Notes: generated from the letters alone by a model not told the origin. A DNA stretch of 64,000 nucleotides from an uncultured Halobacteriales archaeon (GCA_964643795.1 CAZXUC010000018.1:2238-66237); one strand, 5' to 3'. Positions 10,845-20,023 are shown, counted from the stretch's first letter. Made by a program: numbers and translations.

Positions 10845-11204
10845 ATGTGGCCGAACGAGTACGACTCGAACCATGAGTACCAGTTGGCCCTCGAAATCCG
10901 TGGCCGAGGCGCCACAAGGCAACTCAAAGCCCTCGTGGCCCTGATGGGCCACGCCTTGAGCCGCCCGGAATTGGCCAAGCGCATCCAAGGCAAGGGTTCG
11001 CCCGCCACCGTGACGAAGACCATTCGCGGCCTGGACAACAAGGGCCTCGTCCGCCTGGGCCTGATGGCGGACCTCAAGACGCAACGCATCGAGTTGTCCG
11101 CCCTGGGCGCCCGAGTCCTGCTCGTTAGCCAGCAGCTGCTTCCTGATGCGTACCGCCTGGAAGTCACGCATCGCGCGATGCATCAGCCCTCGGCCAAGAC
11201 TTGA
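10845..11204 (+). CDS. Winged helix-turn-helix transcriptional regulator (MarR/HxlR-like)
   Basis: LSRPELAKRI...SPATVTKTIRGLDNKGLV...ELSALG. Confidence 0.75.
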   Translation: MWPNEYDSNHEYQLALEIRGRGATRQLKALVALMGHALSRPELAKRIQGKGSPATVTKTIRGLDNKGLVRLGLMADLKTQRIELSALGARVLLVSQQLLPDAYRLEVTHRAMHQPSAKT

Positions 11205-11312
11205 GCGACCAAATCTACGAGGACTTCCAACCCAACCGCGCGTAAGGCAAGCAGAAGCGTCGTGAGAAAACGGCAAGGGCGGCTTCAAGAGCGCCACTCC
11301 GCTCGGCGACAC

Positions 11313-12122
11313 GTGGAGCTTCCGCTCTTCCACGTCGACGCGTTCACGGACAAACCGTTCGGCGGCAATACGGCGAGCGTCTGCCTCTTGCCCGGCGGCG
11401 TACGGCCGAAGGATTCCTGGATGCAATCCGTCGCGCTCGAGATGAACCACTCCGAGACGGCGTTCGTGCAACCGGAGCCCGGCGGCTTCCATCTGCGCTG
11501 GTTCACGCCCGCGAAAGAAGTGGACCTGTGCGGGCATGCCACGCTTGCGAGTTCCCACGTGCTGTGGCAGGAGGGCATCGTGCGCAAGGACCAACCCGTC
11601 AAGTTCCGCACGCTGAACGGCACGCTCACGTGCCGCTCCACGCCGACCGGGATTGCGATGGATTTCCCCGCCGACAAGGCGAAACCCGCCAAGGCGCCGG
11701 CGGGCCTGTGGTCCGCTCTCGGCATCACGCCCGCGAAAATCCTCCGCGACCGCCTGGATTTCCTCATCACCCTGGAGGACGAGGCAGCCGTGCACAAGAT
11801 CGCACCCGACTTTTCGGCGCTGCGCAAGATATCGCAGGTCCGCGGGTTCATCGCCACAGCACCCGCCAAGGCGAAGGACGACTACGTGTGCCGTTACTTC
11901 GCGCCGGCCTTCGGCATCGACGAGGACCCCGCGACTGGCTCAATCCAATGCACACTTGGCCCCTATTGGTCCAAGAAACTCGGGAAGCAGGAACTGACGA
12001 TGCGCCAACTCTCGAGGCGCGGGGGCGCTATGCGCGTCCGGCCAGAAGGTGCTGGCGTCATCTTGACCGGGAACGCCGTGACGACAATGAAAGGGACACT
12101 GACGGCGTCGGCTCAGCCGTAG
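11313..12122 (+). CDS. PhzF family isomerase/epimerase
   Basis: VDAFTDKPFGGN, SETAF, LRWFTP..EVDLCGHATLA, EDPATGS. Confidence 0.93.
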   Translation: MELPLFHVDAFTDKPFGGNTASVCLLPGGVRPKDSWMQSVALEMNHSETAFVQPEPGGFHLRWFTPAKEVDLCGHATLASSHVLWQEGIVRKDQPVKFRTLNGTLTCRSTPTGIAMDFPADKAKPAKAPAGLWSALGITPAKILRDRLDFLITLEDEAAVHKIAPDFSALRKISQVRGFIATAPAKAKDDYVCRYFAPAFGIDEDPATGSIQCTLGPYWSKKLGKQELTMRQLSRRGGAMRVRPEGAGVILTGNAVTTMKGTLTASAQP

Positions 12123-12442
12123 CCGTGGAACGACGCGTCGACGGAGATGCCCAAACTGCTCGTGTATGCGACATGCTCCAGTCGTGCCGCGAGCGCCTCG
12201 ACTTGGTCGAGGACTTTGGCGACTTCGGGGTCGCTGAGGCGGTAGAATTGGTTTCGCCCGGCGCGGCGCACGGCGACGAGGCCCGCGTCGCGCAGTGTGC
12301 CGAGGTGGTGGCTGACGTTGCTCTGTTCGTCCGCCAACTTGGTGACCAGGTCGTTCACCGTCTTCTCGCCTTGGCGCAGCGCGTCGAGGATGGCGTGGCG
12401 CGTCTCCTCGCTTACCAGACGAAGGAGTGCCACCGAATCCAT
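12113..12442 (-). CDS. ArsR/SmtB family transcriptional regulator
   Basis: R..ILDAL..GEKTVNDL...QSNVSHHL..LRDAGLV..RRAGRNQFY. Confidence 0.88.
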   Translation of the reverse strand: MDSVALLRLVSEETRHAILDALRQGEKTVNDLVTKLADEQSNVSHHLGTLRDAGLVAVRRAGRNQFYRLSDPEVAKVLDQVEALAARLEHVAYTSSLGISVDASFHGYG

Positions 12443-12514
12443 GGTGACGCAGGGCCCGGCACGGTCTTGGAGGTTGCGCTGTGACCGACGGACGACCCCA
12501 CGCCAGCCTGTCTG

Positions 12515-12573
12515 GCCGCGGAATCAAGGAATCCAGGGAACCTGGTTTCCCCTGATTCCGTGGATTCCGCGGC
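12515..12573. repeat. REP-like intergenic palindrome (9-bp-periodic family)
   Basis: gccgcggaatc...gattccgcggc; similar to 32167-32210. Confidence 0.7.
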
Positions 12574-12597
12574 TCGGTCGCGTGGACGGGCCGGGCT

Positions 12598-13428
12598 TCA
12601 ATGCGTGTGGCCCGCTTCCCCGCCGCCGAGTATTCCCGCTTCTTCCAGCGCGAGGACGCCGTACATCAGGCCGAGGCCGATGACGAAGAAGAACAGGATG
12701 GCCCACGCGTCGCGCCCCTTCGTGTGATGGTGCAACTCGGGGATCAAGTCGGCGGCCGCGATGTAGACGAAGGCGCCGGCGATGAGCGGCAGACCGAACA
12801 TCTCGATGGTCTCCGGGTCGACGGGCAAGGCGAGGACGATGACCGCGCCGAGGACCGCGAGCAGGGCGGAGCCGAAGTTGAACATCAGGGCGCGCGCCCG
12901 GGACATGCCCGCACGCAGGAGGACCGCGAAGTCGCCGAGTTCTTGGGGCACTTCGTGGATGACGACGGCGATTGTTGTGGCCACGCCGACGGCCGAGTCG
13001 ACGAGGAAGGCCGTCGCGATGACTGCGCCGTCGAGGAAGTTGTGGATAGCATCCCCAATGAGGTTGGTCCATGCATACGGGGCGACCACGCCGGCTTTGC
13101 CGGCATGGTCGTGCATGTGGTGGGCTTCGTCGACGCGCTCAACGTGGGCGTGACGGGAGCGCAGGCCGACCTCCAGCGCAAAGAAGACGAGGAACCCGCC
13201 GACGATCCACAGTCCCATCGTCGCGAGGCCGATGTCATCCCAGAGGTGGGTGGCCTCTGGCAGCACGTGGAAGAACGAGTCTCCCACAAGCGTCCCGGCC
13301 GCGACGGCGACGAGGGCAAGCAGGAAGCGGTGGCTGCGGAGGCCGGGCACGCTGAGGGCCAACGCGCCGAGGAGGCTGACGATGCTCACGACCGAGACGG
13401 CGAGGAGCGTGCTGACCCAGGGGTCCAT
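12598..13428 (-). CDS. ZIP family metal (Zn) transporter
   Basis: HNFLDG, HEVPQELGDF, His-rich loop, YIAAADLIPELH. Confidence 0.93.
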   Translation of the reverse strand: MDPWVSTLLAVSVVSIVSLLGALALSVPGLRSHRFLLALVAVAAGTLVGDSFFHVLPEATHLWDDIGLATMGLWIVGGFLVFFALEVGLRSRHAHVERVDEAHHMHDHAGKAGVVAPYAWTNLIGDAIHNFLDGAVIATAFLVDSAVGVATTIAVVIHEVPQELGDFAVLLRAGMSRARALMFNFGSALLAVLGAVIVLALPVDPETIEMFGLPLIAGAFVYIAAADLIPELHHHTKGRDAWAILFFFVIGLGLMYGVLALEEAGILGGGEAGHTH

Positions 13429-13500
13429 GCGACAGGCGACGCCCCGAGGTTGATAACTCCTTGCGCAATCTTATGAAACCTGCACGTCTCGGCTCGCAAC

Positions 13501-13881
13501 ATGCCCGTCGTGAGCCTGAGCCTCCCCGCCGACCTATGCGAGACGATGGACGGCGCCATCGCCGAGGGCAACTACAAGGGCCGCAGCGAATTCGCAAGGG
13601 CAGCAATCCGCGACCACTTGCAGGGCCGGCAACGGCTTGCGGGGAAACATCTGCACGGCTCCATCACCGTCCTGTATCCCCACGACAAGGAGGCGCGCAT
13701 CTCCGACGTGAGGCACGCCTTCCACGACGTCGTCTTGAGCCTCATGCACACCCACTGCGAAACCGAGACCTGCATGGACGTCTTGATTGTTGGAGGACCG
13801 CCGCACAGGATCGAGGGGCTGCGGGACACGCTGGAGAGGATGAGGGACGTTACGCGGAGCAAGCTCGTGGTGATGGCGTGA
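13501..13881 (+). CDS. nikR: NikR family RHH metal-responsive regulator
   Basis: VVSLSLP RHH strand, RSEFARAAIR, H...HTH....C metal ligands. Confidence 0.85.
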   Translation: MPVVSLSLPADLCETMDGAIAEGNYKGRSEFARAAIRDHLQGRQRLAGKHLHGSITVLYPHDKEARISDVRHAFHDVVLSLMHTHCETETCMDVLIVGGPPHRIEGLRDTLERMRDVTRSKLVVMA

Positions 13882-13929
13882 GGGACTCCCGGGCGAAAGG
13901 CAGATACCTGTGGAGCCCGAATCATGTTC

Positions 13930-14070
13930 ATGCCCGCGCCAGTCAAGCGCCGCCGGCCAGTCAAGCGCAGCCCGAGCGACAAGGCACGCGACGCCTTCTT
14001 CGCGGAGATGCGCGAGGTCGCGGCGCACCCGGAGCGATTCAAATGGACCCGTCTCGAGGACATCGAGTGA
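13930..14070 (+). CDS. 46-aa small protein, orphan antitoxin-like
   Basis: Manual translation MPAPVKRRRPVKRSPSDKARDAFFAEMREVAAHPERFKWTRLEDIE; below the ORF-track cutoff. Confidence 0.4.
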   Translation: MPAPVKRRRPVKRSPSDKARDAFFAEMREVAAHPERFKWTRLEDIE

Positions 14071-14133
14071 CGGAATCGTGACCAGAACAGGCTGACCACC
14101 GCCTTCAAGTCCCGGCACGGGCCTGCCCTCCTC

Positions 14134-14739
14134 GTGCCCAAGAAACCGACCTTCCAACCGCCTCGCATCGGCATCTCGAAGGTCTACACTCGCACCGGCG
14201 ACAAAGGCGATACGGCACTCGTCGGCGGCCAACGCGTCCCCAAAGACGATTTGCGTATCGACGCGTATGGAACGGTGGACGAACTCAACTCCTGGGTGGG
14301 AATCTGCCGGACCGCCGCCCTCGACGACCCGAAGACCAAGTCGTTCGGTCCTGCCCTCCTTCGCGTCCAACACGGCCTGTTCAACGTCGGGTCCATCATG
14401 GCGACTCTTGCCGCCGATGTCGGACCCAAGCAGCCCCGGGTGACCGCCGCCGACGTGAAGTGGCTCGAGGCCGAGATGGATGCCGCCACGGCCAAACTAT
14501 CGGCGCTCAAGTCGTTCGTCCTTCCCGGCGGTTCTCGCCTCAATTCTCTTCTGCACATCGCTCGCACGGTGTGCCGCCGCGCTGAACGCTTGGCCGTGCG
14601 CTTGCAACGCGAAGTCGGCGGCGTCGAGATGGAAGTGCGCTACCTCAATCGGCTCAGCGATGCGCTCTTCGTGTGGTCGCGTTCGGCCGCGAAGGCGCTC
14701 GGGCACGACGAAGTGTTGTGGGATCCGAACCTGGCTTGA
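14134..14739 (+). CDS. ATP:cob(I)alamin adenosyltransferase, PduO type
   Basis: KVYTRTGDKGDT, AYGTVDELNS, RTVCRRAER, YLNRLSD. Confidence 0.93.
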   Translation: MPKKPTFQPPRIGISKVYTRTGDKGDTALVGGQRVPKDDLRIDAYGTVDELNSWVGICRTAALDDPKTKSFGPALLRVQHGLFNVGSIMATLAADVGPKQPRVTAADVKWLEAEMDAATAKLSALKSFVLPGGSRLNSLLHIARTVCRRAERLAVRLQREVGGVEMEVRYLNRLSDALFVWSRSAAKALGHDEVLWDPNLA

Positions 14740-14790
14740 TGCTGCGGTCGACTCGTGAGCAGGGCGGGGCCGCGCGCCGCAACCACCATC

Positions 14791-15056
14791 ATCCACCGAT
14801 GTCACCGATGACACCGATGCGGTGTCTCGTCGTTCGGTGACATCGGTGTCATCGGTGGATTGGATGTCGAATCTTGCTGCAACCGTAGACGGTGGACGAC
14901 GCCCCCGTCGGCGGACTGCGGTAATCCATGTGACAGCGGTACGGGCACGCGCGCCGTCATGCAACTGGATTGCTGGCGTCACCCTCCGAAGCATTGCTCG
15001 GGGGTGGGCGCGCGATTCCGGTGGGGAACCGTATCGGTGTCATCTGCGGAAAGGTC
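14791..15056. repeat. Intergenic element: 9-bp-periodic hairpin plus 188-bp core shared with 40308-40495
   Basis: Hairpin atccaccgatgtcaccgatgacaccga / tcggtgacatcggtgtcatcggtggat; 29-bp identity cgtcggcggactgcggtaatccatgtgac with the 40 kb copy. Confidence 0.8.
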
Positions 15057-15081
15057 ACGGTCGGCGTGCGCGACTTTTCCC

Positions 15082-15951
15082 TTAGGTAAGGCGGCGCCGG
15101 AAAGCCCCGGCAAACGCAAGCGCCACAACGATGCCGACAAGACCGAAGGCCGGCGTGGTTGCGTGCGGGGTTCCGCTTGATTCCGCGGTCGTCGAAATCG
15201 AGGAGGATGTCGAACTCGATTCCGTCCCTGTCGCGGTCACGGACGTCGACGAAGTCGTGGCCGACGATGAGCTGGACGACGCCGGCGGCGCTGCGGTGAG
15301 CTTGATGGAGCCGAGCGGGATGATGGTCTGCGCCGCCGTGCCCGCCGCCAACGGCATGAGGTACGCAGTATCTCCCGGCGTGTAGTCAATCGACGTGTCC
15401 GCGTCGAACCACCCGATGCTGGCTGCGTTCCACGGCGCAGCGTTGGATCCGAACGCGATGAAGTCTGCGTCGGCCGCGAGCACAAACGAGCCGGCCGCGA
15501 AGCCGCCATGCGCCGCTTCAGTCGCGGTGAGGCGGACCGTCCACTGCCCCGTCCCGGATGTTGCGACGAGCCCGTTCCCGTTTCCCGTACGGATGTAGAC
15601 GTAGTCGTGCAGCGAGTAGTGGCCGTCGTTGTTCGTGTCCGCGTACATCACCTGCTCCGCCCCGGCGCCGCCGACCTGTGGATAGGGGTCTGTTTTCTCC
15701 TGAACGTCCGCGTCTGCGATTTCCGTTCCGTAGGGCCGCTCGATGCACGGGGTGATGCGCAGGTCGAAATTCTGCGCGCCTGCGCCGGAGGTCTGTCCCA
15801 TGTCGAGGAGGAGGCAGTTATCCGTCGCATCGCCCGCGACGCCGAAGTCGGCCTCGTTGACGTTCACCGCGATGCTGGGGGCTCCCGTGTAGTGCTGGGC
15901 GGCGGCAAGGGGCAAGAGGAAGATGGCGAGCACAGAGAGGAACCGCACCAC
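15082..15951 (-). CDS. Secreted surface protein with one DxNxDG-containing repeat, S/T linker and PGF-CTERM-like anchor
   Basis: Signal peptide; YADTNNDGHY; TPAFG-TM-RRR C-terminus; paralogous to the repeats of the 16099-18396 gene. Confidence 0.85.
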   Translation of the reverse strand: MVRFLSVLAIFLLPLAAAQHYTGAPSIAVNVNEADFGVAGDATDNCLLLDMGQTSGAGAQNFDLRITPCIERPYGTEIADADVQEKTDPYPQVGGAGAEQVMYADTNNDGHYSLHDYVYIRTGNGNGLVATSGTGQWTVRLTATEAAHGGFAAGSFVLAADADFIAFGSNAAPWNAASIGWFDADTSIDYTPGDTAYLMPLAAGTAAQTIIPLGSIKLTAAPPASSSSSSATTSSTSVTATGTESSSTSSSISTTAESSGTPHATTPAFGLVGIVVALAFAGAFRRRLT

Positions 15952-16098
15952 GAAGAGGGAAGGAGCCGGCCGGCCCTTAGAGACTAACGCATCGGGAACT
16001 GGAAGAGCCCGCGCAATAACAGGAAGGGGGAAAAGGAGACACGTGAGCGTCAGGGAGAGGAGGGGGAGGAGGGAGAGGCGGCGTCGGTGCGCCGCGTG

Positions 16099-18396
16099 CT
16101 AGGCCAGCCGTCGGCGAACCAACAAGCCGACCGCAAGGGCGGCCAAGAGGGCGACAACGCCGAGGCCCGGCGTATTCTCCCCAGTCGTGTCGCCAGAGAT
16201 CGGGGCCGGCTGCGTGGGCGCGGGCGTCGTCGGGGCGGGCGGCGTGGGGGTGGGCTCCACGGTCGGCGTGGGCTCGACGGGCGGCGCCGGCGGTGCGGGG
16301 GGCGCGATGTCTGCCGGCAGATTCCCAAAGAGGCGTACGCTGTAGCGCGGCACCGCCACGGGAGCTGCTCCCACGGCGAAGTAGGCCGAGTCTGTCGGCG
16401 TGAAGGAGCCACTCTGGTCTGCGTCGTAGTAGCGCAGCGACATGCCCGCCGCAGGGAAGGCCGTCACGGCGTTGCGGTACGCGACGAAGTCCGCGTCGGA
16501 GGCGAAGGCCAAGGACCCGGCCGGGTAGTCGCCGACGGGGGTGAGCCGCAGCGTCCAACTGGTCGGGGAGGTGGTCGGAAGTAGCGCCGTCGCTCCGACG
16601 CCGGCCACGACGTAGACGTCGTCGCCCGCCTTGTACTTCCCGTCGTTGTTGCGGTCGCTCCACATGAGCGTGTATCCCCCCGTGTCGGTGAGGACGGTGA
16701 CGGCCCCCTGGCGCAGGGCGACGTCGCCGTCGGAGACGAGTTCACCAGGCGACTTGCCGTTGCAGTTCGAGAGCAAGATGTCGAAGTTGGAGACGATGCC
16801 GGCGCTGATCGTGCTGTCCATGTCGGCAATCAGGCAGTCGTCCGTGGCTTCGGATCCGCCCAGGGCCACCCAGAGCAGGTCGTCCGTCACGAGGATGCCG
16901 GTCGACACGAGGGTAGGGCGGAAGTCGGCGTCGCCCAGTTTGACCTGGACGCCGGCCTTGGCCGGCTCTTGGACCCGGAGCGAGGAGGGGGGCAGGGTGG
17001 TGCCAGCGGCGGCGACGCCGCCCACGACGACGTACCACTTGGCCCCGTCGTACTCCTCGATCTCGGCCGACATCGCGGGCGTGAAGGCCAGGAGAGCGTT
17101 CTTGTAGGCGAGGTAGTCCAGGTCCGTCGCGAAGACGAACGAACCAGCCGGGCCACTTGCCGTCGGCGTCAAGCGGATGGTGAACGCGTCGATCCCAGTC
17201 GTGGCGGGCATGTTGGGCGCCGCCATGGCGGTTCCGGCGGCCATCTGGCCCATGTAGACGTAGTCGCCTGCGTCGTAGCGTCCGTTGTTGTTGACGTCGG
17301 CGAAGAGGAGGTCAACAATCTCCTGGACCGGGGTGGGCGCCTTCTCGATCACGTCGGTGTCAATGATCTTGGTCCCCGGAGCGCCTCCTGGGCCGGTCGT
17401 GATGCGGATGTCGTCGAAGTCGAGGGTGCCCGCCGAGTTCGTGCCCTTGACGTTGAAGAAGAACAAGTCGTCCGTGACGGGCGTGTCGCCAAGCGGCACG
17501 CGCCAGATGATGTCTGCGGCGGTACCCCCGGACAACGGCTTGCCTGCGCCCTTGGATGTCGGGACGAAGTCAGTTGCGCCACTGTTGACGCGGGAACCGA
17601 ACGTGTCGGTCTTGGACAAGCGCAGCGCGTAGCGGGGCGCGAAGACGTTGGCTGCAAAGCCGTCGGCGGCGGTGAAGGCACCATCCCCGTTTGAGGTCTT
17701 GAACATGAGGTAGACGCCGGTGCCCTCGAAGGCGACTGAGAACGCGAAAGGGATGCCTGGAGGCGCGCCGGGGTCGACGGCGGTAATGTCGTTTCCAAGC
17801 ACGACCACGGCGGTCTGGTAGGCTTGGTAGTCCGCGTCCGCGGGGTACGCGAAACTGCCGGCTGGGCCGGCGTCGCTCGACGTCAACCGGATCGTCCACG
17901 AGGCGAGGCCGGTGGTGGGCATGAGGACTGTCGTCCCCGTCCCGGACACGAGGAAGACTGGGTCCTTGTCCTTGAATTTCCCGTCGTGGTCCGCGTCGCC
18001 GTAGACGACGGTGGCGGCAGCCGCCAAGGCGGCGACCTTGATGCTCGAGTCCGAGTCGGACACTAGGTCGCCCGGCTTGCGGGTCTGGTACGGAGTGAGG
18101 AAGATGTCCTCGTTGTCCACGGTGTTGACGAGCGCGCCGCCGACGTTGATGCCCTTCATGTCGATGAAAAACACGTTGTCGGCCACTTCGCCGCTGACGC
18201 CGAGGTCGACCTGCAGCACCTTGAGGTGGTGGTTGTCGTCCACGTTGTCCACGCCGGCGGTCACGCCGTACGCTTTCTTGGAGAGGGGGGCGAAGTCGGC
18301 TTCCTTGTCAACTTGGCTTCCGAATTCGGCTTGTGCTAGCGGACCGGCCAAGAGGAGGGCCGCCAACAGAATTGTTCGCAAATGGATTGTTCGCAT
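16099..18396 (-). CDS. Large surface (S-layer-like) protein with three ~220-aa Ca-binding-loop repeats and PGF-CTERM-like anchor
   Basis: Signal peptide; repeats with DADHDGKF, DVNNNGRY, DRNNDGKY, (W/F)TxRLT, AGS..(Y/F)..D.D(Y/F).AY; P/T linker; TPGLG-TM-RRR. Confidence 0.85.
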   Translation of the reverse strand: MRTIHLRTILLAALLLAGPLAQAEFGSQVDKEADFAPLSKKAYGVTAGVDNVDDNHHLKVLQVDLGVSGEVADNVFFIDMKGINVGGALVNTVDNEDIFLTPYQTRKPGDLVSDSDSSIKVAALAAAATVVYGDADHDGKFKDKDPVFLVSGTGTTVLMPTTGLASWTIRLTSSDAGPAGSFAYPADADYQAYQTAVVVLGNDITAVDPGAPPGIPFAFSVAFEGTGVYLMFKTSNGDGAFTAADGFAANVFAPRYALRLSKTDTFGSRVNSGATDFVPTSKGAGKPLSGGTAADIIWRVPLGDTPVTDDLFFFNVKGTNSAGTLDFDDIRITTGPGGAPGTKIIDTDVIEKAPTPVQEIVDLLFADVNNNGRYDAGDYVYMGQMAAGTAMAAPNMPATTGIDAFTIRLTPTASGPAGSFVFATDLDYLAYKNALLAFTPAMSAEIEEYDGAKWYVVVGGVAAAGTTLPPSSLRVQEPAKAGVQVKLGDADFRPTLVSTGILVTDDLLWVALGGSEATDDCLIADMDSTISAGIVSNFDILLSNCNGKSPGELVSDGDVALRQGAVTVLTDTGGYTLMWSDRNNDGKYKAGDDVYVVAGVGATALLPTTSPTSWTLRLTPVGDYPAGSLAFASDADFVAYRNAVTAFPAAGMSLRYYDADQSGSFTPTDSAYFAVGAAPVAVPRYSVRLFGNLPADIAPPAPPAPPVEPTPTVEPTPTPPAPTTPAPTQPAPISGDTTGENTPGLGVVALLAALAVGLLVRRRLA

Positions 18397-18560
18397 GGGT
18401 TGTCCCGCACGGCCATCCCAGGCGTCCCGTCCTAGCCTCGACGCATTGCAAGTATTGTCGGCTCACGAGAAGACGTGGCACTATTGTGGAACTAGTGGAC
18501 CAGGCCGGGCACCAGGCACCCACGCCGGGCAGACAAGCATGAATCTCGTTAGCGCCGAAC

Positions 18561-18929
18561 TTACGGCCCAACGATCGTCTCCGCGGTCAACTTGCGCACG
18601 ACTCGGCCGTCGGCCACGATGCGGACTTGGAAGGTCATGCGTTCGCCCAGCGTGGCCTCCGGCGGTGCGGCGACTTGGAGGTACAGGACGAGCGGAATCC
18701 CTGCCATGAGTCGGAGCTTGTCCAGCCGAGTGTGTGCCGTCCAACCGGTGGCGGGTGGTTCGACATCGATGTACACGTCGCGGTAGGGTGCGAAGCGGTT
18801 CTGCAGGCGCAACTCGAACCTAGTGATGCGGCCAGGCTTGACCATTCCAGCGTTGGGCGTGATGGTTGCTTGCACTCGCGACCAGCGAGGACGTTGCGGG
18901 CGGAGCTTCAGAAGTTCGTTTGCCATCAC
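18561..18929 (-). CDS. Ig-like (NEW3/CARDB-like) domain protein
   Basis: VKPG..TRFELRLQN...P..GW...L..G...LQVAAPPEATLG. Confidence 0.55.
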   Translation of the reverse strand: MMANELLKLRPQRPRWSRVQATITPNAGMVKPGRITRFELRLQNRFAPYRDVYIDVEPPATGWTAHTRLDKLRLMAGIPLVLYLQVAAPPEATLGERMTFQVRIVADGRVVRKLTAETIVGP

Positions 18930-19019
18930 GATGGACTAGAGGCGCATCACGACGAACCTTCGCACCGGAGACTCCATAGTGAAAGGTGCGACGCGGCATT
19001 CGGTCGTGCGACGGCAGCG

Positions 19020-19328
19020 TCAAGGCGGCGACGGTAACACTTCGAGCATCTCTTCGAGGAGTCGCTCGACCGCTCGCAGGTCCTTTGTCCGTCCCTTCCC
19101 CGGCTTCGTGCGCAGGGCATGGACAGCCTTGCGCATCTTCGCGATGGTCTTCAGGCTCGGCGGGCTTGGCTTGTTCTTGCCGCCAGGTGCCCGCAATGCT
19201 TTCACGACTTCCTGGAACCTCGCGTCCGTGCGCAGCTTGTACGCCTCCGCGGATTCCTTCCATGCACGTCGGGCCGCTTCGACCTCTACGGCAAGGGCCT
19301 GCGCATGTTCCACTCGCTTCGACGTCAT
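19020..19328 (-). CDS. Small basic helical protein, last gene of the ppx-PPK3-like operon
   Basis: ATG overlaps the upstream stop (ATGA); K/R-rich KPGKGRTKDLR. Confidence 0.65.
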   Translation of the reverse strand: MTSKRVEHAQALAVEVEAARRAWKESAEAYKLRTDARFQEVVKALRAPGGKNKPSPPSLKTIAKMRKAVHALRTKPGKGRTKDLRAVERLLEEMLEVLPSPP

Positions 19329-20023
19329 GGCTTGGTTCCCCACGAAGCGAGAAGTCCCTGCAGTTGCGATTGCAAATGCCGGTCGACGACGCCGACGCCA
19401 CGGTTCGCGTTCACGACGTTGAAGCCATAGCGCGGGATGATCTCCTGGAACTGGTCGCGCATCTTGCGTTGGTACTTCAAGAACGATTCGTGCCAATCCC
19501 GGCTCAGGCCCAAGTCCATTCCGGATTCCCAGTAGTCGAGGTCGGGGTGGCGCTCGAGGCGCCGGTCGAGCAGGGTCTTGGCGCTGGCTTGCAAATAGAA
19601 CAACGCGTCCGGCACGATGGCCTTGGCATACACGTTCTCCACCCAGGCGGGGTCTGCGCCGCGGACAAGGTCGCGGGCCATCAGGGTGAAGATGTACCGG
19701 TCGGCGAGCACGATGGCGCCCGAGCGGAGTGCGGGGACGATCTGGTTCTCTAGTTGGTCGTAGAAGTCACTGGCATAGAACAAGCTCATCGTGCGCGGCG
19801 ACAAGGTGTTGCCACGACGGGCTTCCTCGAGTTCCGGCGCGACCAGTTCGCTGCGGCGCAGTCCGACTTCCACGACGGCGTAGCCTTCGCGCTGCAGCCA
19901 CTTGGAGAGGAGGCTAACGTGCGTTGACCGACCTGAGGAATCCTGGCCCTCGATGACGATGAGCAGGCCACCAAGGTCGGCGAGGTTGACGCCGGGCGGA
20001 GGGACACCGTAGCACGTCTTCAC
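19325..20023 (-). CDS. Thymidylate-kinase-like protein with degenerate P-loop (putative PPK3 regulatory subunit)
   Basis: IEGQDSSGRST (K->R), LADRY, YWESGMD; GTGA overlap with the upstream paralog. Confidence 0.8.
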   Translation of the reverse strand: MKTCYGVPPPGVNLADLGGLLIVIEGQDSSGRSTHVSLLSKWLQREGYAVVEVGLRRSELVAPELEEARRGNTLSPRTMSLFYASDFYDQLENQIVPALRSGAIVLADRYIFTLMARDLVRGADPAWVENVYAKAIVPDALFYLQASAKTLLDRRLERHPDLDYWESGMDLGLSRDWHESFLKYQRKMRDQFQEIIPRYGFNVVNANRGVGVVDRHLQSQLQGLLASWGTKP

